From Selaginella moellendorffii (lineage: Eukaryota > Plantae > Lycopodiophyta), in contig NW_003314278.1 of NCBI RefSeq assembly GCF_000143415.4, positions 2,386,373 through 2,450,372 on the forward strand: 64,000 nt of DNA. Direction: 5' to 3'. Made by a program: the position numbers and the translations under genes. The notes under the pieces were generated by a model, which worked only from the letters and a program-made list of their open reading frames with translations, had not been told where the DNA came from and searched no databases. Below, one piece after another: positions 12,716 through 25,891 of this stretch (positions are counted from its first letter, which is position 1; each line of letters starts with the position of its first letter).

Positions 12716-13657
12716 TGTAAGGAACCAACTCCCCAAGGTGTCGTAGGTTAAAGGATCCCCGAAAGCATGACCGAAATGACAAAGAGTTCATCGGATGGGA
12801 CCGAGTCGAAGATCGAGTCCAAGACTGACTCTGAGACCGAGTTCGAGATGGAATCCGAGGCCGAATCAGAGACCGAGTTTGAGACCGAGTTCGAGACAAA
12901 GTCCGAGATCCAAACTGGGTCCGAAACCGAGTCCGAGGTCGAGTCCGAAATCAAGTCCGAGATCGGGAAGGAACTCTCTAGTGGTGCTTCCAAACAAACT
13001 TGAGGTTGAGATTGGGGCCAAGGGGCCTTGGGTGGGAGTGAACATGGACTTGGGTGGTGCCGAAGGGGCCATCCAGGGAAGTGCTCAAGAGCAGCTCCCA
13101 CTCCCAAAAAAGAAACCAACTACAGTGCTCCTGGCTCATGTGGAGTGGTGCCCCACTTGAGTACCTTGTGGCTCATTGGTACTCGCCCTTCCTAGGGGCT
13201 TGGGCCTTCCTTTCAGGCTGGAAGTAGGGGGGAGGGGGGGTAGAGGTACCCATACCGAGCTGTTAAGCCACGGTGTTTCGCCTCGATGTCCCGAAACAAG
13301 TGTTGCACCCAAGGCTTGGGATTTAGAGAGTCCTATGATCAAGTCTTGCTGTACCAAGGGGTATTAGGAACCTGGAGGCTTGGTGTGCATGGCTGCTTGT
13401 GCCTATGGGGAGTGTAGCCAAACTTTAAGTCCAGTCTAACTCGAGGAGGGGGATTGTGGGAGAGATTTGGAAACCTGTGGATAGATAGCTAACACTCTAT
13501 TGCTCATGTAGTGAGTAGTTGAAACCAAGTAAGACCAAATAGGAGCTGGTACAATAGGTGGGAACTTTGGCGAGGGAACTTAGCACAAGCCAAGGCAATG
13601 TTGGTCGGATAGACGAGGTAAACTGGCAAATTGGAAAGAAAAAATTTGTAACTTACA
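12716..13657. mobile_element. LTR-type insertion (third family) with hexamer repeats
   Basis: Termini TGTAAG...CTTACA, near-TSD TTTAA/TTTGA, and GAGACC/GAGTCC repeats at 12790-12965. Confidence 0.7.
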
Positions 13658-14227
13658 TTTGATTATTCAGTTGCAACCACATAACATCAAATACTGATGC
13701 TCTAGAATCCAAGGAGGAGAAGTCATGAAAAACTAGATCTAAACCAAAATTATAAATCCAAACACTTTTCAAGGATAATTGAAGTTACTTCTCACCTCTA
13801 TCAGTATAAGTGCATAGAATATAAAATGGTATGCTAACTTGAAAACCATAGTTTATATAACAGAATAAGTGGTTCGGATTTAAATCAATCTGATAGTTAC
13901 CAAAATCCCACTACACTAATAATAGTATACAAAATTAAATCTGTACAATTTTATGATTTGTAAATAATTATTTAATTAAAAATTAATTATTATATAAAAA
14001 AATTGAGATTATTATATAGATTTAAAAGCTATTTATTAAAAATATTATACTTTATATACATTATCTATTTCTCAATTTTCAACACTTATAATTGAAACTT
14101 TTGAGACATCATATTGTGATGTTCTTTTTAAAAATTCAAATTTATATTAAACATTTGATATTAGTAGTGCTTAGAAAATTTCAATACAATTTTTAAATAT
14201 GCTAAATAATTTATTGTGTGTTTCATA

Positions 14228-15005
14228 ATGTTTGGTTCACTGAATAGTAGTGTTATTCTTCTCTCTTAATCCAATTGATCAAATGAAAGTTTATAACTAT
14301 AAATATGTTAATAATTTATTAAAAACTATTAATATTATTGCATATAAACCATTATATGGTAGAATAAAAAATAATATACAAGAAAGTGTTTATAGGAAAA
14401 ATTTATAAATTATAAACATGCTTATAAATGCAAAATGAATCTAAATGAATAACAACCAATAGATGGTAGAATATCCTAGAATATCCAAGTATATTCTAGG
14501 TTTATGCACTAACCAAAAAGAATTTATTTTTATTTTATTTAAAGTATTTATGAAATATCACTACTTTATAATTTAAATTATAGAAATATCATGAAGTTTT
14601 ATTTAGTTTAAACCTTTTGTGAATATAAAATAACACATCACCCAAAAGAATGATCAAAATTTCTATGCTATTTAATAAGTGTAAGATATCATAGTTGTAA
14701 ACCTATTTTTCTCTTAAGAGATTATAATTTTTAGTTTGCTTAGGCAAACCTCTCTAGGGATTGCGATGGTACTGGATTATGCTTAGATATTCTAGGATAT
14801 TCAACTATCTAGCAGTTTTTATTCATTTAAATTAATCTTGTATTTCTAATTTATATACTTTCTAATATATATTTTTTTATTCTCCCATCTATGCAATAAG
14901 ATTAATCTTGTATTTATAAATTACAAACATGCTTATAATTATAAAATTTATTTGATTAGTTAGACTAATAAATAAGAATAACACTACTATTAAGCAAACC
15001 AAATG
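14228..15005. mobile_element. AT-rich foldback/MITE-like element with long imperfect inverted arms
   Basis: AATAGTAGTGTTATTCTT (about 14243) pairs with AAGAATAACACTACTATT (about 14974). AATATCCTAGAATATC (about 14470) pairs with GATATTCTAGGATATT (about 14786). Confidence 0.7.
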
Positions 15006-16631
15006 TTTCTACATGAAATTCATATCAATTTATTTAAGGTACTAGACTTATGTCATTTTCATTCTTCTTTTATTAAATTGTGACACAGAAGGATGAACTT
15101 TTGACATACAATGCTTTAATGGTGCTGATCTCATTATAAACCCGTTCTCTTTGGAAATGTGGTCATATTGTAGTTGAATTTAATATGTATTTATTTTATT
15201 GGCTTCCATCATTTTGTAATAATGTGAATTTATTTTTGGATGTAAATTATTTTATTTCCTTAATATCTACTATATGTGCTGGTCAAAACTCTTAACCTCA
15301 CGAAGTTACATAGCAATTACTACTGTAAAATATCCTCCGAAATGAAATATGTAGCCCAAACATCATATTCTAGAGAACTTCCAGTGCAAAGAATTGTATT
15401 GGCCTTGTTCTGTTATGCCTCTAAAAGAAAGTTAGACTTGGAAAGTTTTATCTAAAAATCAATACATGTTTTGCAAAATGGCTTGGTTGGTGGCACCCTC
15501 TGTAATAATTTTGTAAACTATAGGAATTCATAGTGCACATCTTTTTTCATACCCTCCTGGGAATTGTTTGAGCTTTAAACAAGTCGCCTCTCCTTGAGCA
15601 CTTGACTCAATACCCGTGCCTTGCTCAGCTGCAGAGGTGCAGCACAAACCAGCAACGTACACCGATACGTCTGTGTGTATCACGAAAAGGATGAACTCAA
15701 CTCGCCGGCTCATACATCCACATCCTCAAGAGCATGCTCCTGCAGATTTTCCCCAACCCAAAATCCCAAAGGCTTGAAAGCAACAACCAAGCTTTGTCTT
15801 TCAAGCAAAAGCAAAGCTTTTGTCCGAACCGTGTACCTCTAGCTGCTCAACGACAGTGTACGCACACGACTGTACAGTACTTGGAAGAGATCCCTCAACT
15901 CAACTCTTGCTTTTTCCCCCTGTTGGAAGTCAGATTCGGAAGAGCAGGCTTTTACAGTCAGTCAGGTTCCTCCCTCCTTCTAGACTACTAAAACCAGAGA
16001 GAATCTACCACGGAATCCGGCGGGCAACAAGGGGAATTTCAGCATCCGGAACCAGCATTCTTCCTCGAGAAGCCCAAATAAGCAGAGGACAGGAAACAAG
16101 GACGGAAATGGAACAAGGAAGCCAGCAAACGAAGCAAGCTCTCGGAAGCCATATCTATCCATGTATTAGGGCTCCTGCTGCTAATGCAGCACTCTGACTC
16201 TGACTCAAACCGGCTGCTTCAGAGACCCAACTGACACACGCTGAGGGTGAGAGACGAAGGAGAGGTGAGGTGATAAGAATTTTGTTTGCTTTTAAAACAA
16301 AGAAAGGCTCTGACCGAGAACATGCTGCCATATGCCTGATCATGAATACTGGAATAATCTCAGAAAGGTGCCGCTGCATTTTAAACAAGAGAAAGATCTG
16401 GCTGCCTGGCCGCTGCTGCAGCTGTTGCCGCTGCTGCTGCCGCTGATGCTGCTTTGACCGATTTCATCATCCATCATTCGCTCTTTCGTTTTCATTCATT
16501 CTGTTTGAGCTCACTCCTCTCATCTTTTCTATTCTCTTTGAAAACAAATGGTCCATGGTCTCGGGCGATTTTTAAAATGCCCTTCGCACTCACTCGAATT
16601 ACTCGCGATGGAGCTTTCAATTGTCTGAGCC

Positions 16632-16662
<31 letters not shown>

Positions 16663-17798
16663 CTGCTGAGCTGAGCGCACTCCTGAAAGCGAATACGACG
16701 ACCCGGAATTCTGAAGTATGGATTTGATTCCTCGCGGAAGACATATACAGAGAGACATGTCTCCATACACTCTCCTCTTTCCATTCATTTTTCTCATTTC
16801 CCGTATTGGATGCAGATATACACCATCAACTTGCAGAAATTTTTCTGTTATGTAATATCTTCTCTTCAAAAAGGATGGCACTTCTTCGAGGCCTAGGACC
16901 ACCCCACTAAATACTAGCGCTTGGTACTACTATACTACTCTACACTTCTACCTTGTCAAAGACCAAAGACTGCAAGTTCAATTCAACTCTCCATTTCTGT
17001 GTCAAGCGCTTTCGAAGACTGATTGAGCAAACAACACCACTACACACATAGACACACACACACACACATTCGGAGTGCGTCGTCCATTTCTCTTTCTTTC
17101 TTTCGCCCTCCATGGACGTCAGGAGCTCTGGGACAATCAACAACAACGCTACGAGACGACACAACTTGAGTATATAAAAAAGCCCAGTGGAGGTTTTGTC
17201 AATCGCCCTCCCCACACTCCAACAATCAAGTTGGAAGCACAGCGACTGAGAATCTGAAAGAACATTAGCCTATTTAGTTTTTTCTTTTTTTCTCATGCAT
17301 TTTTTCTCCTTTTCTTTTTTTTTTTTTTCCTTTTTTCCTTGGCTTCAGATGATGATAGCGATGATATGTTGGTTGATGATGATGAAACATTTACACAAGC
17401 AAAAACGACACTCGAGTTGTGGACTGAGCTCATCAGCCCTTCCGTCCGACCAACGCAACAGCATCTTTTCAATTCTTGTTCTTGATCCTCCTAGCTTCGA
17501 CATTGCCCTTCGATCGACCCGGAACTTTCGGGCGGAGAGCTGGAACGGTCGAGATAATTGTCGTTTCGTGCTGGATTGTGCGTCCAGGAGCTGACTGGCG
17601 AGACCCACAAGTCTTTGATTGGGATACAAAGAGAGAAACGATGAAACGAAGGCCAAAGATGGTGGACGAGACGAACGAAGGGAAAAGAGACAACTTTTCT
17701 TATACTGAAAGAAACTCTAGGGAATTTAGAAACAAAAAACAAGAAGCTACGATGCTTAAATTCTCTCGCTGCGTGGCGCTCTAGATCCGTGACTCGAA

Positions 17799-17824
17799 AG
17801 AGAGAGAGAGAGAGAGAGAGAGAG
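17799..17824 (+). repeat. (GA)n microsatellite
   Basis: Direct reading of the sequence. Confidence 0.9.
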
Positions 17825-17926
17825 GAAGGTAAAGGAAACTAGAAAGATTTGAGCGAACTAGAAACCACTTCCGACTCCTCCATGATCGATCGACGATGGA
17901 TGATCCTCCTCTCACTCCTAACTCGC

Positions 17927-18325
17927 TCATAACCAGAGCGCCCCGGCCTCCTTGAGCTGAGGCACGAGCGAGCCGGAGATGTGGGCCGCCATCACCTGAT
18001 CAAGGCCCCCGATGAGCTTGCCGCCGATGAAGACGGTGGGCACGACCTGCGAGTCGCCCATTATCCGGGCCAGGGCCTCCTCCATGTCGCCACCATCGCT
18101 CTCCTCGTCCATCTCGTACACGGTCGGGTTCACGCCCAGGCTGCACAGCAGGCTCTTGACGACGTGACACATGCAGCAGCTGCTCATGCTGAAGATCACC
18201 ACCGCGTTCTCCGACACCATGCGCTCCACCCTCTCCATGGCGCTCAGCGCGCCGTGGCAGTGGCCGCCGCCGCCGGATCCCATGAGCTGGAATGCCGTCG
18301 AGGCGTGGCTGGAGATGTCGTACAT
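17927..18325 (-). CDS. ROXY: CC-type glutaredoxin (ROXY family)
   Basis: Intronless. CCMC active site, VPTVFIGGKLIGG, and C-terminal ALWL motif. Confidence 0.95.
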   Translation of the reverse strand: MYDISSHASTAFQLMGSGGGGHCHGALSAMERVERMVSENAVVIFSMSSCCMCHVVKSLLCSLGVNPTVYEMDEESDGGDMEEALARIMGDSQVVPTVFIGGKLIGGLDQVMAAHISGSLVPQLKEAGALWL

Positions 18326-19058
18326 TGTCACTCCCGAGAATTCGGAGAGATGCCGCGCGGAGGCCTGGAGAGCTAGCGCAGTTCGCAAAGATGGAGGAGG
18401 CGGAGGAACTGGAGCAAGCGTGCGAGAGAGCTTCTATATTCTTCTGCGGAGAGAGGGACGAGGACGATTCAGGAACAAGACAGTGGCAGCCGAGAGCTGC
18501 GAGAGTGACAAGAGCTATCACAAGCGACAAATGTGCCTTGGCCAAGGAAATCTTGGATATGTCGTCGCGCGATCGATCACAGCACGGCCACAGCACAGCA
18601 CAGAGAGAGCAGCACAGCGCGCGCCTCCTCCAAAGACAAAAAGAGAGCTCGCTTCGTGGCTTCTTCTTTCTTCTTTCAAAGAAAACCAAGAAACGGGAGA
18701 GGCGAAGATCGACCGATCACACTGCTGCTTTGCCGATGGAGAAAGATTCGCGGGGCGGAATTGGGAGCGGAGGAAAGAGAGCTGCCGCGGTAATCTTTCC
18801 GCCAGAGGCGAGGGAATGGGAGGCGGATCAAGAAGGCGCAGAGCTGTGGAGCGAGCAATGCGGCGGAGAAGCTAGCAGCATGCACGATCGCGATCGAGAG
18901 AGAAACACCCAAGAGCCCCGAAAGAAGCAAAATCCCTCTCCTCTCCCGGACGAAACCAGAAGAAATCCCGAAGAACACAAGCAACAAACAAAGCCAAAAA
19001 CCAAAAGCGCTCTATGTGTTTTTACCACCCACTGTTACCGTGACCCCTCCCGGCATTG

Positions 19059-19246
19059 CTTTATATACAGGTGATTGGGTGGGGTAAAACAAGTTAAACG
19101 CCTTCTTTTCGTTTCACACCGGAAGAGAGAGAGTGCCGCGCATGCATGCATCCATCCCACATTCAGCCATCCCCATCCATCCAAGATTTTATCTTCCTGC
19201 CACGCAAGCACTGACGTGGCTGGTGCTTTCACTGTGCACGTCAGCG
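19059..19246 (-). promoter_or_regulatory. Putative ROXY promoter: TATA box plus two TGACGTG motifs
   Basis: TATATAAA on the minus strand at about 19059-19067; CTGACGTGGC at 19211 and CACGTCAG at 19237. Confidence 0.45.
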
Positions 19247-22200
19247 ATACCGCCAGCGTGGAGAAAGGTCCCCACTTTCTCGCGCAAAAGCAGAGCCAAG
19301 AAAAGCTTGCATTGATATGAAACAATGAATTCAAAGGCTTACATCACATTGAAAACAGCCAGGGATGAGAATCTCGCAGTTGCAAGCTATTTTTGACCTA
19401 ATCGGCATTGATACGTTAACATGGAGGAGGAGCAATCACGCCTTTACAACAGGAATATCATACACTTGCAATAATGAATTGATCTACCAAAAGCAACGAC
19501 GCAAACAGTTGATAGATTGCCCCCCAGATACGCAATGAGTCCACCTTCTTAGGGTTGGCATTTTGACTTGGGGGAATCATTTTATCTTTTCCTCGACTCC
19601 CGATCGAAATCAGCTTGAATCACATCATTTGCGGCATGGAATTTCAAAGGCCATGGTACTGGCCGCGGGGGCAATCATAGGTTTCCCACTTTGTTCAACC
19701 TACTCACGTGCGCTTGCAAGTTAAGAAATCCCCACTGTTGATCATCGTTCCCATAAATCTAGTGCTTTTCTCATGTACTAAGTTCATTGCAATGGGACAT
19801 TCCCAAACCCGCACATTGTCAAGTTCCATGGCGGATCACCAGTGACCTAGTTTCCGCTAGACCCCCTTTTGAAATTTTCAGTCTCCATCTCTCTCTCGCC
19901 ATACAAAGTTACACCAAAGCAAGGCAAGTGGTCTTTTTCCTTGCCAGCTGGTTAAGTAAGGCCAAAGCAAATTCTTATGTTTTACCAACCCCCACTGGCA
20001 AAAGTAAAATTTCGCTTGTCTCTTGATGATCCATCCCCACTACCATATCAAGAATGAGGATTGAAATGTTGCCATCAAGCAACGTCTCATGGACATCATG
20101 TGGCCATTTCCTTTTTGGCTTTGCAGCTGCCCGCGAAGCTTTGACGTCATGTATGCATCCCTACAAAGATCACTACCATCATCCATGATGTATGCATATT
20201 TCCATGGTTGGTAGTTTTTAATCACTTGCGACCCTCCCCAGAACTCGTCGGTTAAACCATAGCCTTTTGGGTCCGGAATAGAATGAGGTACCTACGTATA
20301 GTCTAGTAACGTCCGGGCGTGCCGTACCAACCCCCCATGGTAGATTTTCTCCCTTCAATCACCAAGGTTTAAGCTAATCATCTCCTCAATCATGGAGGCA
20401 ATTTTTTTGTGCTCGAGTGTGAATTATAAAAACTTTGGGAGTTTGCGTTTTCGATACGTATTCCGAGGCCGGTCGTATGTACCAACCCAAATCCCTATGG
20501 CACCTGTGCGAGATATGTTAAATGCATGTGCTATGAGCCTATAGCTTAAACCTTGCTTGCACCATCGCCGCCGGCGCGTCTCCGGCTGCCACGTGTGAGC
20601 CGTCACCGCCACTGGCACCGCCCTTTTCCATACATAATGCGATCGAGCGGCCTATAGACTACTGGCGGGGATTTGCCACGTGGGACGCCCCCTACGTTAG
20701 CGATTGCGTGGCGCGCTGTGTGTTTGGTATCTATGTCGGATCCTTTGCATGTGTGTGTGTGTGGTTGTGATATTGTAAAATCCCCACCTTTTCCAAGATT
20801 TAAAAAATCGATCACTATATGCTTGCCATATGCTCTGGATATCGCAAATCAGCAAACCGGAGCGTACATTCGTTGGTGTTTCTTTTCGCTTTTCCCTTTT
20901 GATTTCTTTTTTATTTTTTATTTGGGCCGCGTTGGTACGGCCCCGGCTAAAAGCCAAATCAGCAGCAGAGTCAGGTGGTCGTGGCTGCCGTCACGCAACC
21001 ACGTCAGTGGGGATGACAGGATTTGTCCGCCCACGCGCCCCAGCCCTAAATTTTGCAAAGTTAGTCAGCCCTAAGTGTGTGACGCGCGCGTGCGCTTGCG
21101 TCGCTCTCCCTGCCTTGCATGTTTTCGATTTCTTACGCCCTCGAGCCGATTTAAAACGGAGGGCGTAAGAAATCGCAAAAAAACATTGACCGTCCGGAAA
21201 TTTTCTGCCTGCATGAAGTAAACAAGGATCTTGGTGTGGTGGCGCGATCTTCCAGGGAGCTAATTTGTGAGAAGCTAATAGGAGGAATTGGGGTTAATAC
21301 GAGGAAAGCAGCAACAACCAGAACACTGATGGATGATGGATGGAGAAAGGTCTCCTGCTGTTGAGATTCTCTCCATTAAAGGCGCGGGAAATGAATTGGG
21401 CGAGCAAGCAAGGACGTAGACGCCGACGGGCGGACGGGGTGGGAGGGATGTGGAGTCAGGGGGTCGTCTCATCTCATCGTTGAATTCTCTCTTTGGAAGG
21501 GGAGATTTGATGTGGAAATCCGTGCAGAGAATGGAGCAATCTTTTTAGGGCTAGGGTGGTGGTGGTGGCACCATTTTCTTGATTCGCCCACCGTCATTCC
21601 ATAGCCGCCCTCGCCGCCTTTGCGAGGAATCTGGAATGCGGCCGGTACGAACGGACGGACGATTCCCAACGGACGGACAGAGGCCGTCGCGGAACAAGGA
21701 CGGCGCCGGACACTCGTGGAATATCCCACGTATGTTCCTTTTTAAATTTTTTGTAATTGCGCGCTCTCAACGGTCAAGAAGAGGGAATGGGAAATTTTTC
21801 CAAAATCCCACTGGCAAGAATTTGACAATACAACCGAATCCAGCTCTGCGCTTGCTTGCAATGCTTACGATCAAATCCCATTCTCCGATGCGCAATTGAC
21901 AGACATGCCACACAGGAAATATATATCTACTTGTCGATGTTGTTTGCTGTTGATGATTTGTCAAGGTGACGCAAGACTTTACCCATTGTTTTAGAATGAG
22001 AACCGCCCAGCTTGTCAAAGACAGGGACGAGATTGTAAACTAGAGAACAACTTGTGTCTTTCGATCTGTTTTTTACGGCTGTTTTTTACCTACCAGAGTC
22101 ATGTTCCTGATGACGCAAGAGATCTCTCGAGCTAGATCTAATCGAGAATAGCTTTGTAGTCCGTGCGGCATACGGACTTTCGGCTATCACAGGGGGAATA

Positions 22201-22516
22201 GCAGCTTTGCTCCTTGTGCATTCTAATCACACAAAACCCCAAAAGCCCCCAACACCAGTGATCTATAGATACATTGCATGTACCAATGGAGACAAAAATA
22301 CTCCCAGCATTTGAGAGATCGAAGCTAGCAATCATCAAATTAATGCGGCCACCCCAAATGTTTCGCAATCCAGTCAAAGCTTGGGGTGGAAAGTTGCGTA
22401 AACAAATCAGGCCTGTTTTGAAGAAGTCGCTCCAAGGTCTGAAGGACACGATTTAAGAACCAGAGACAAAAAAATAAAAGATGGAAGGATGCAAACAAAA
22501 GCTTGATACCTGCGTG

Positions 22517-24434
22517 TCAGGAAGAAGTTGCCGCACGCGCCTTTTTGTCGTTGCGAGTCCGCTTTCTTTTCTCCCTGTGAGTTTCCGTGTACTGCCTCTT
22601 GGACAGTAAGTTCTTCATGGCGAGCTCGGCGGCTTGTGCAGCCTCGGCCACCGCTGCGGCCACCGAGACTGATGAGTCGGAGGGACTTCCTTGCAATACC
22701 TTGAGCATACGGTCTCCGCCAGGAACTTCGGTATCGTCCAGTGCTTCGTACGAAGACGTGGCGGGAGATTTTTGTATAACTCGGAGGCGGGTTAACGCAC
22801 CAGCAGCGGAAGCTTGGGCGAGTGATGTCAATTCTGTCACCTGTTCCGGTTTCAATGCTCGATCACCGACTTCCCTTGTCTCTGCTGCACCAGCAACGAG
22901 CCACAGCCTTTCTTTTCTATCGAATTGTAAACCGGTCGGGCATATAGGTTCTTGCCAAGAGATTTTCTAACAAGACAAAAACAGTCAAGAAAAGAAAAGA
23001 AAAACCATACCTGAAGAAACAAAAGCTTTTTGATACCGAAGTCACAACGAAGTAGGATCACACCTGTAAGCCTATGCTTTGCAAAACAGTCAGTTAGTAT
23101 ATGCATGACGCAGGTACCAGAAACAGACACCTCTCAATTGTAGAAGCTACTACAGATCCGCTGGCTGACGTGTTGACAACGGCAGGAGCAACAAATGTAT
23201 CGGTTTTATCAGTCTGTCCACAACAAAAGGACTTGAGACAAGGCAGATATATAGCAAAAATAGCAGAAAAGACCTGTAAGAGGTTGAAAATATTAATTGT
23301 ATCCAGCAGGTGCCCCGAAACATGATCCCATAGACGAATCTGTGTTGGGAAAGTACATGCAAAAAAATTGGTTGTAAATCGAATGTTTAAACTTACCGTA
23401 GAGTCGCCTCCTCCGGAAACTAATAACGCTTCTGACGATCCATCACCCACAAATGCAAGGCAAGATACAAAACTGTAACAAGTTTAGCCCATGTCCACAA
23501 AGACAGACGTTGATAGTTGATGTTACCTTGTGTGATCAAGACAGAAGCTTTGGATTTCGTAAGCTCCTAGCATGGGATTCTTTGGAAGTACACTTACCTG
23601 CAAGTGTGGAAGAGTCAGCAGGGAAGAAACCAAAGAGAGCACAGCCTACTGACACGAATTTTATAGTCTCTATCTGCCGTTACAACAAATTTGCCACAGG
23701 GAGACGTCTCCTGCAGACACCCGATTCAAGGATCAGCAAGCGAGTCAGAAGGAGAGCGAATAAACCCGACCAGGCTTGTGATTATGCTGCAGCAGTGCGC
23801 CAGAAGTTGAGCTGGTTCTTCGTTTGTGTCACTTTTGTCGTGCGCCAGAGTTGGGATAACATAAACCACTCCAAATTTGTCCGCGACCAACAGCCACTGG
23901 CCATCCCGACTGAAAGCCACAGCGCTGGTTTTCTTGTTCACAGGTCTGTAAGAGTGCTTAAAATGACGCTTCCAAAAAACATGAAGAAGAAGAAGAAGAA
24001 GAAGAAGAAAGATAAGTTACATGGTTTTCGAGCACTTCCACGAGAATGTATCCCAAAGCTTGACGAGCTTATCGTCCCCGGCGGACGCGAAGAATGCACC
24101 GTCGTGACTAAATCCAGAAGCTCGAATCGCAGCGCGGTGGCCGGAAGAATCATCAACTGGAGTCACCGCTTCATTGCTCCTGGAAATAAATCACTCAGCC
24201 TCGCAAGCGCCAAGAGCGGAATTCTTACTCTAGATCGAAGACTCGAAATCCAGCTCCCACTGAGACCACAATCGCGCGAGAATTGGGGTGAATGCTGATA
24301 ATCGCTGGAGCCATAGCCTGGCTTTGCGAGCCCGGATGGAATTGATCCTCACAAACCTCTTTCTCCTCCTCATCCTCGAGCTCGTCCTTGTCTCCTTCCG
24401 CTTCCGCCGTCGCCAAATCCTCCTCTCCAGCCAT
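22517..24434 (-). CDS. WDR4/TRM82: tRNA (guanine-N7)-methyltransferase non-catalytic WD40 subunit, multi-exon
   Basis: Exons encode ADKFGVVY, LLAHCCSIITSL, RDYKIRV and LVSGGGDSTV/IRLWD; short GT-AG introns. Confidence 0.88.
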
Positions 24435-24577
24435 TGCTAGGGCTTTACTAGGGTATAGTCCGAGGTGGCATATTTCCCGTGAGTTTGGGACGCCATGTCA
24501 TAGTCTATAAAGTAAAACTAATGTCAAAGCCATCAACGCGTGGAGAGTAGAGATCTAGCCTAGGCGCGACCGATTAG

Positions 24578-25327
<750 letters not shown>

Positions 25328-25891
25328 TCAAGTTTGCTCGCGTCGTCCTCGTTCTTTTTTTTTCTCCTTTTTTCCCCCACTCTCTTGCTTCAGCTCTCTT
25401 TGTTTTTGTTTGGAAAGTTCTTTTCTTTCTTTCATGTTAGGACGATTTCACCACGTCGCGAAGCTTTAAATTATTGTCCTTCCTTCTCTACGTTTTTAAG
25501 ATCCTTCGCTAGGTACCTAAGTAATATTTTTACACGCATTGGATGAGCCGTGGTTGGATTATCAGTAGCTTAACGTGCGGCTTCGTACGTAGTGGCCGCC
25601 GCATTTTAATTATTATCTGGACAGTGGCGGCCGTTAGATTCTGCAGATGGACGGACGCGGTTGCGCCACGCTCAAAAACGTGATTTCCCCCTCCCTCCAA
25701 GCCCTAATTCTAGCGCACTGCTTGGGCAGGGCGCGTGGACTGGAGCCCCGCTGTTCTTCCCGAGAGAATCATCCTCGCTGGATCTGGCGCTGCTGCACTG
25801 TTCTCCTTGCAGCTAAAGAGTAAGCTGCTGCAGAGATTTCGTCCTCCTCGTCGCCCTCGGGATCTAGGCCTGGAATGAGGTGAGAGAATCG

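Larger units (their letters stand above)
6641..13950 (-). mobile_element. Highly decayed inverted copy of the Ty3/gypsy family, hosting nested insertions
   Basis: The reverse complement follows integrase and RT (6641-6763, 9232 onward), gag (about 11900-12715), the gag start (about 13660-13720) and the 5' LTR (about 13810-13950), with pervasive C>T and G>A changes. Confidence 0.85.

Noticed and set aside
12702-13160. SETEFE/SVSDS repeat ORFs (also 7293-7654)
   Set aside because: Open frames arise from hexamer repeats inside a TE insertion, with no gene evidence.
17410-17560. miR319-like precursor (GGACTGAGCTC)
   Set aside because: No match to the mature miRNA and no long stem.
18000-19074. 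Long overlapping ORFs around the glutaredoxin
   Set aside because: GC-rich alternate or antisense frames with no domains.
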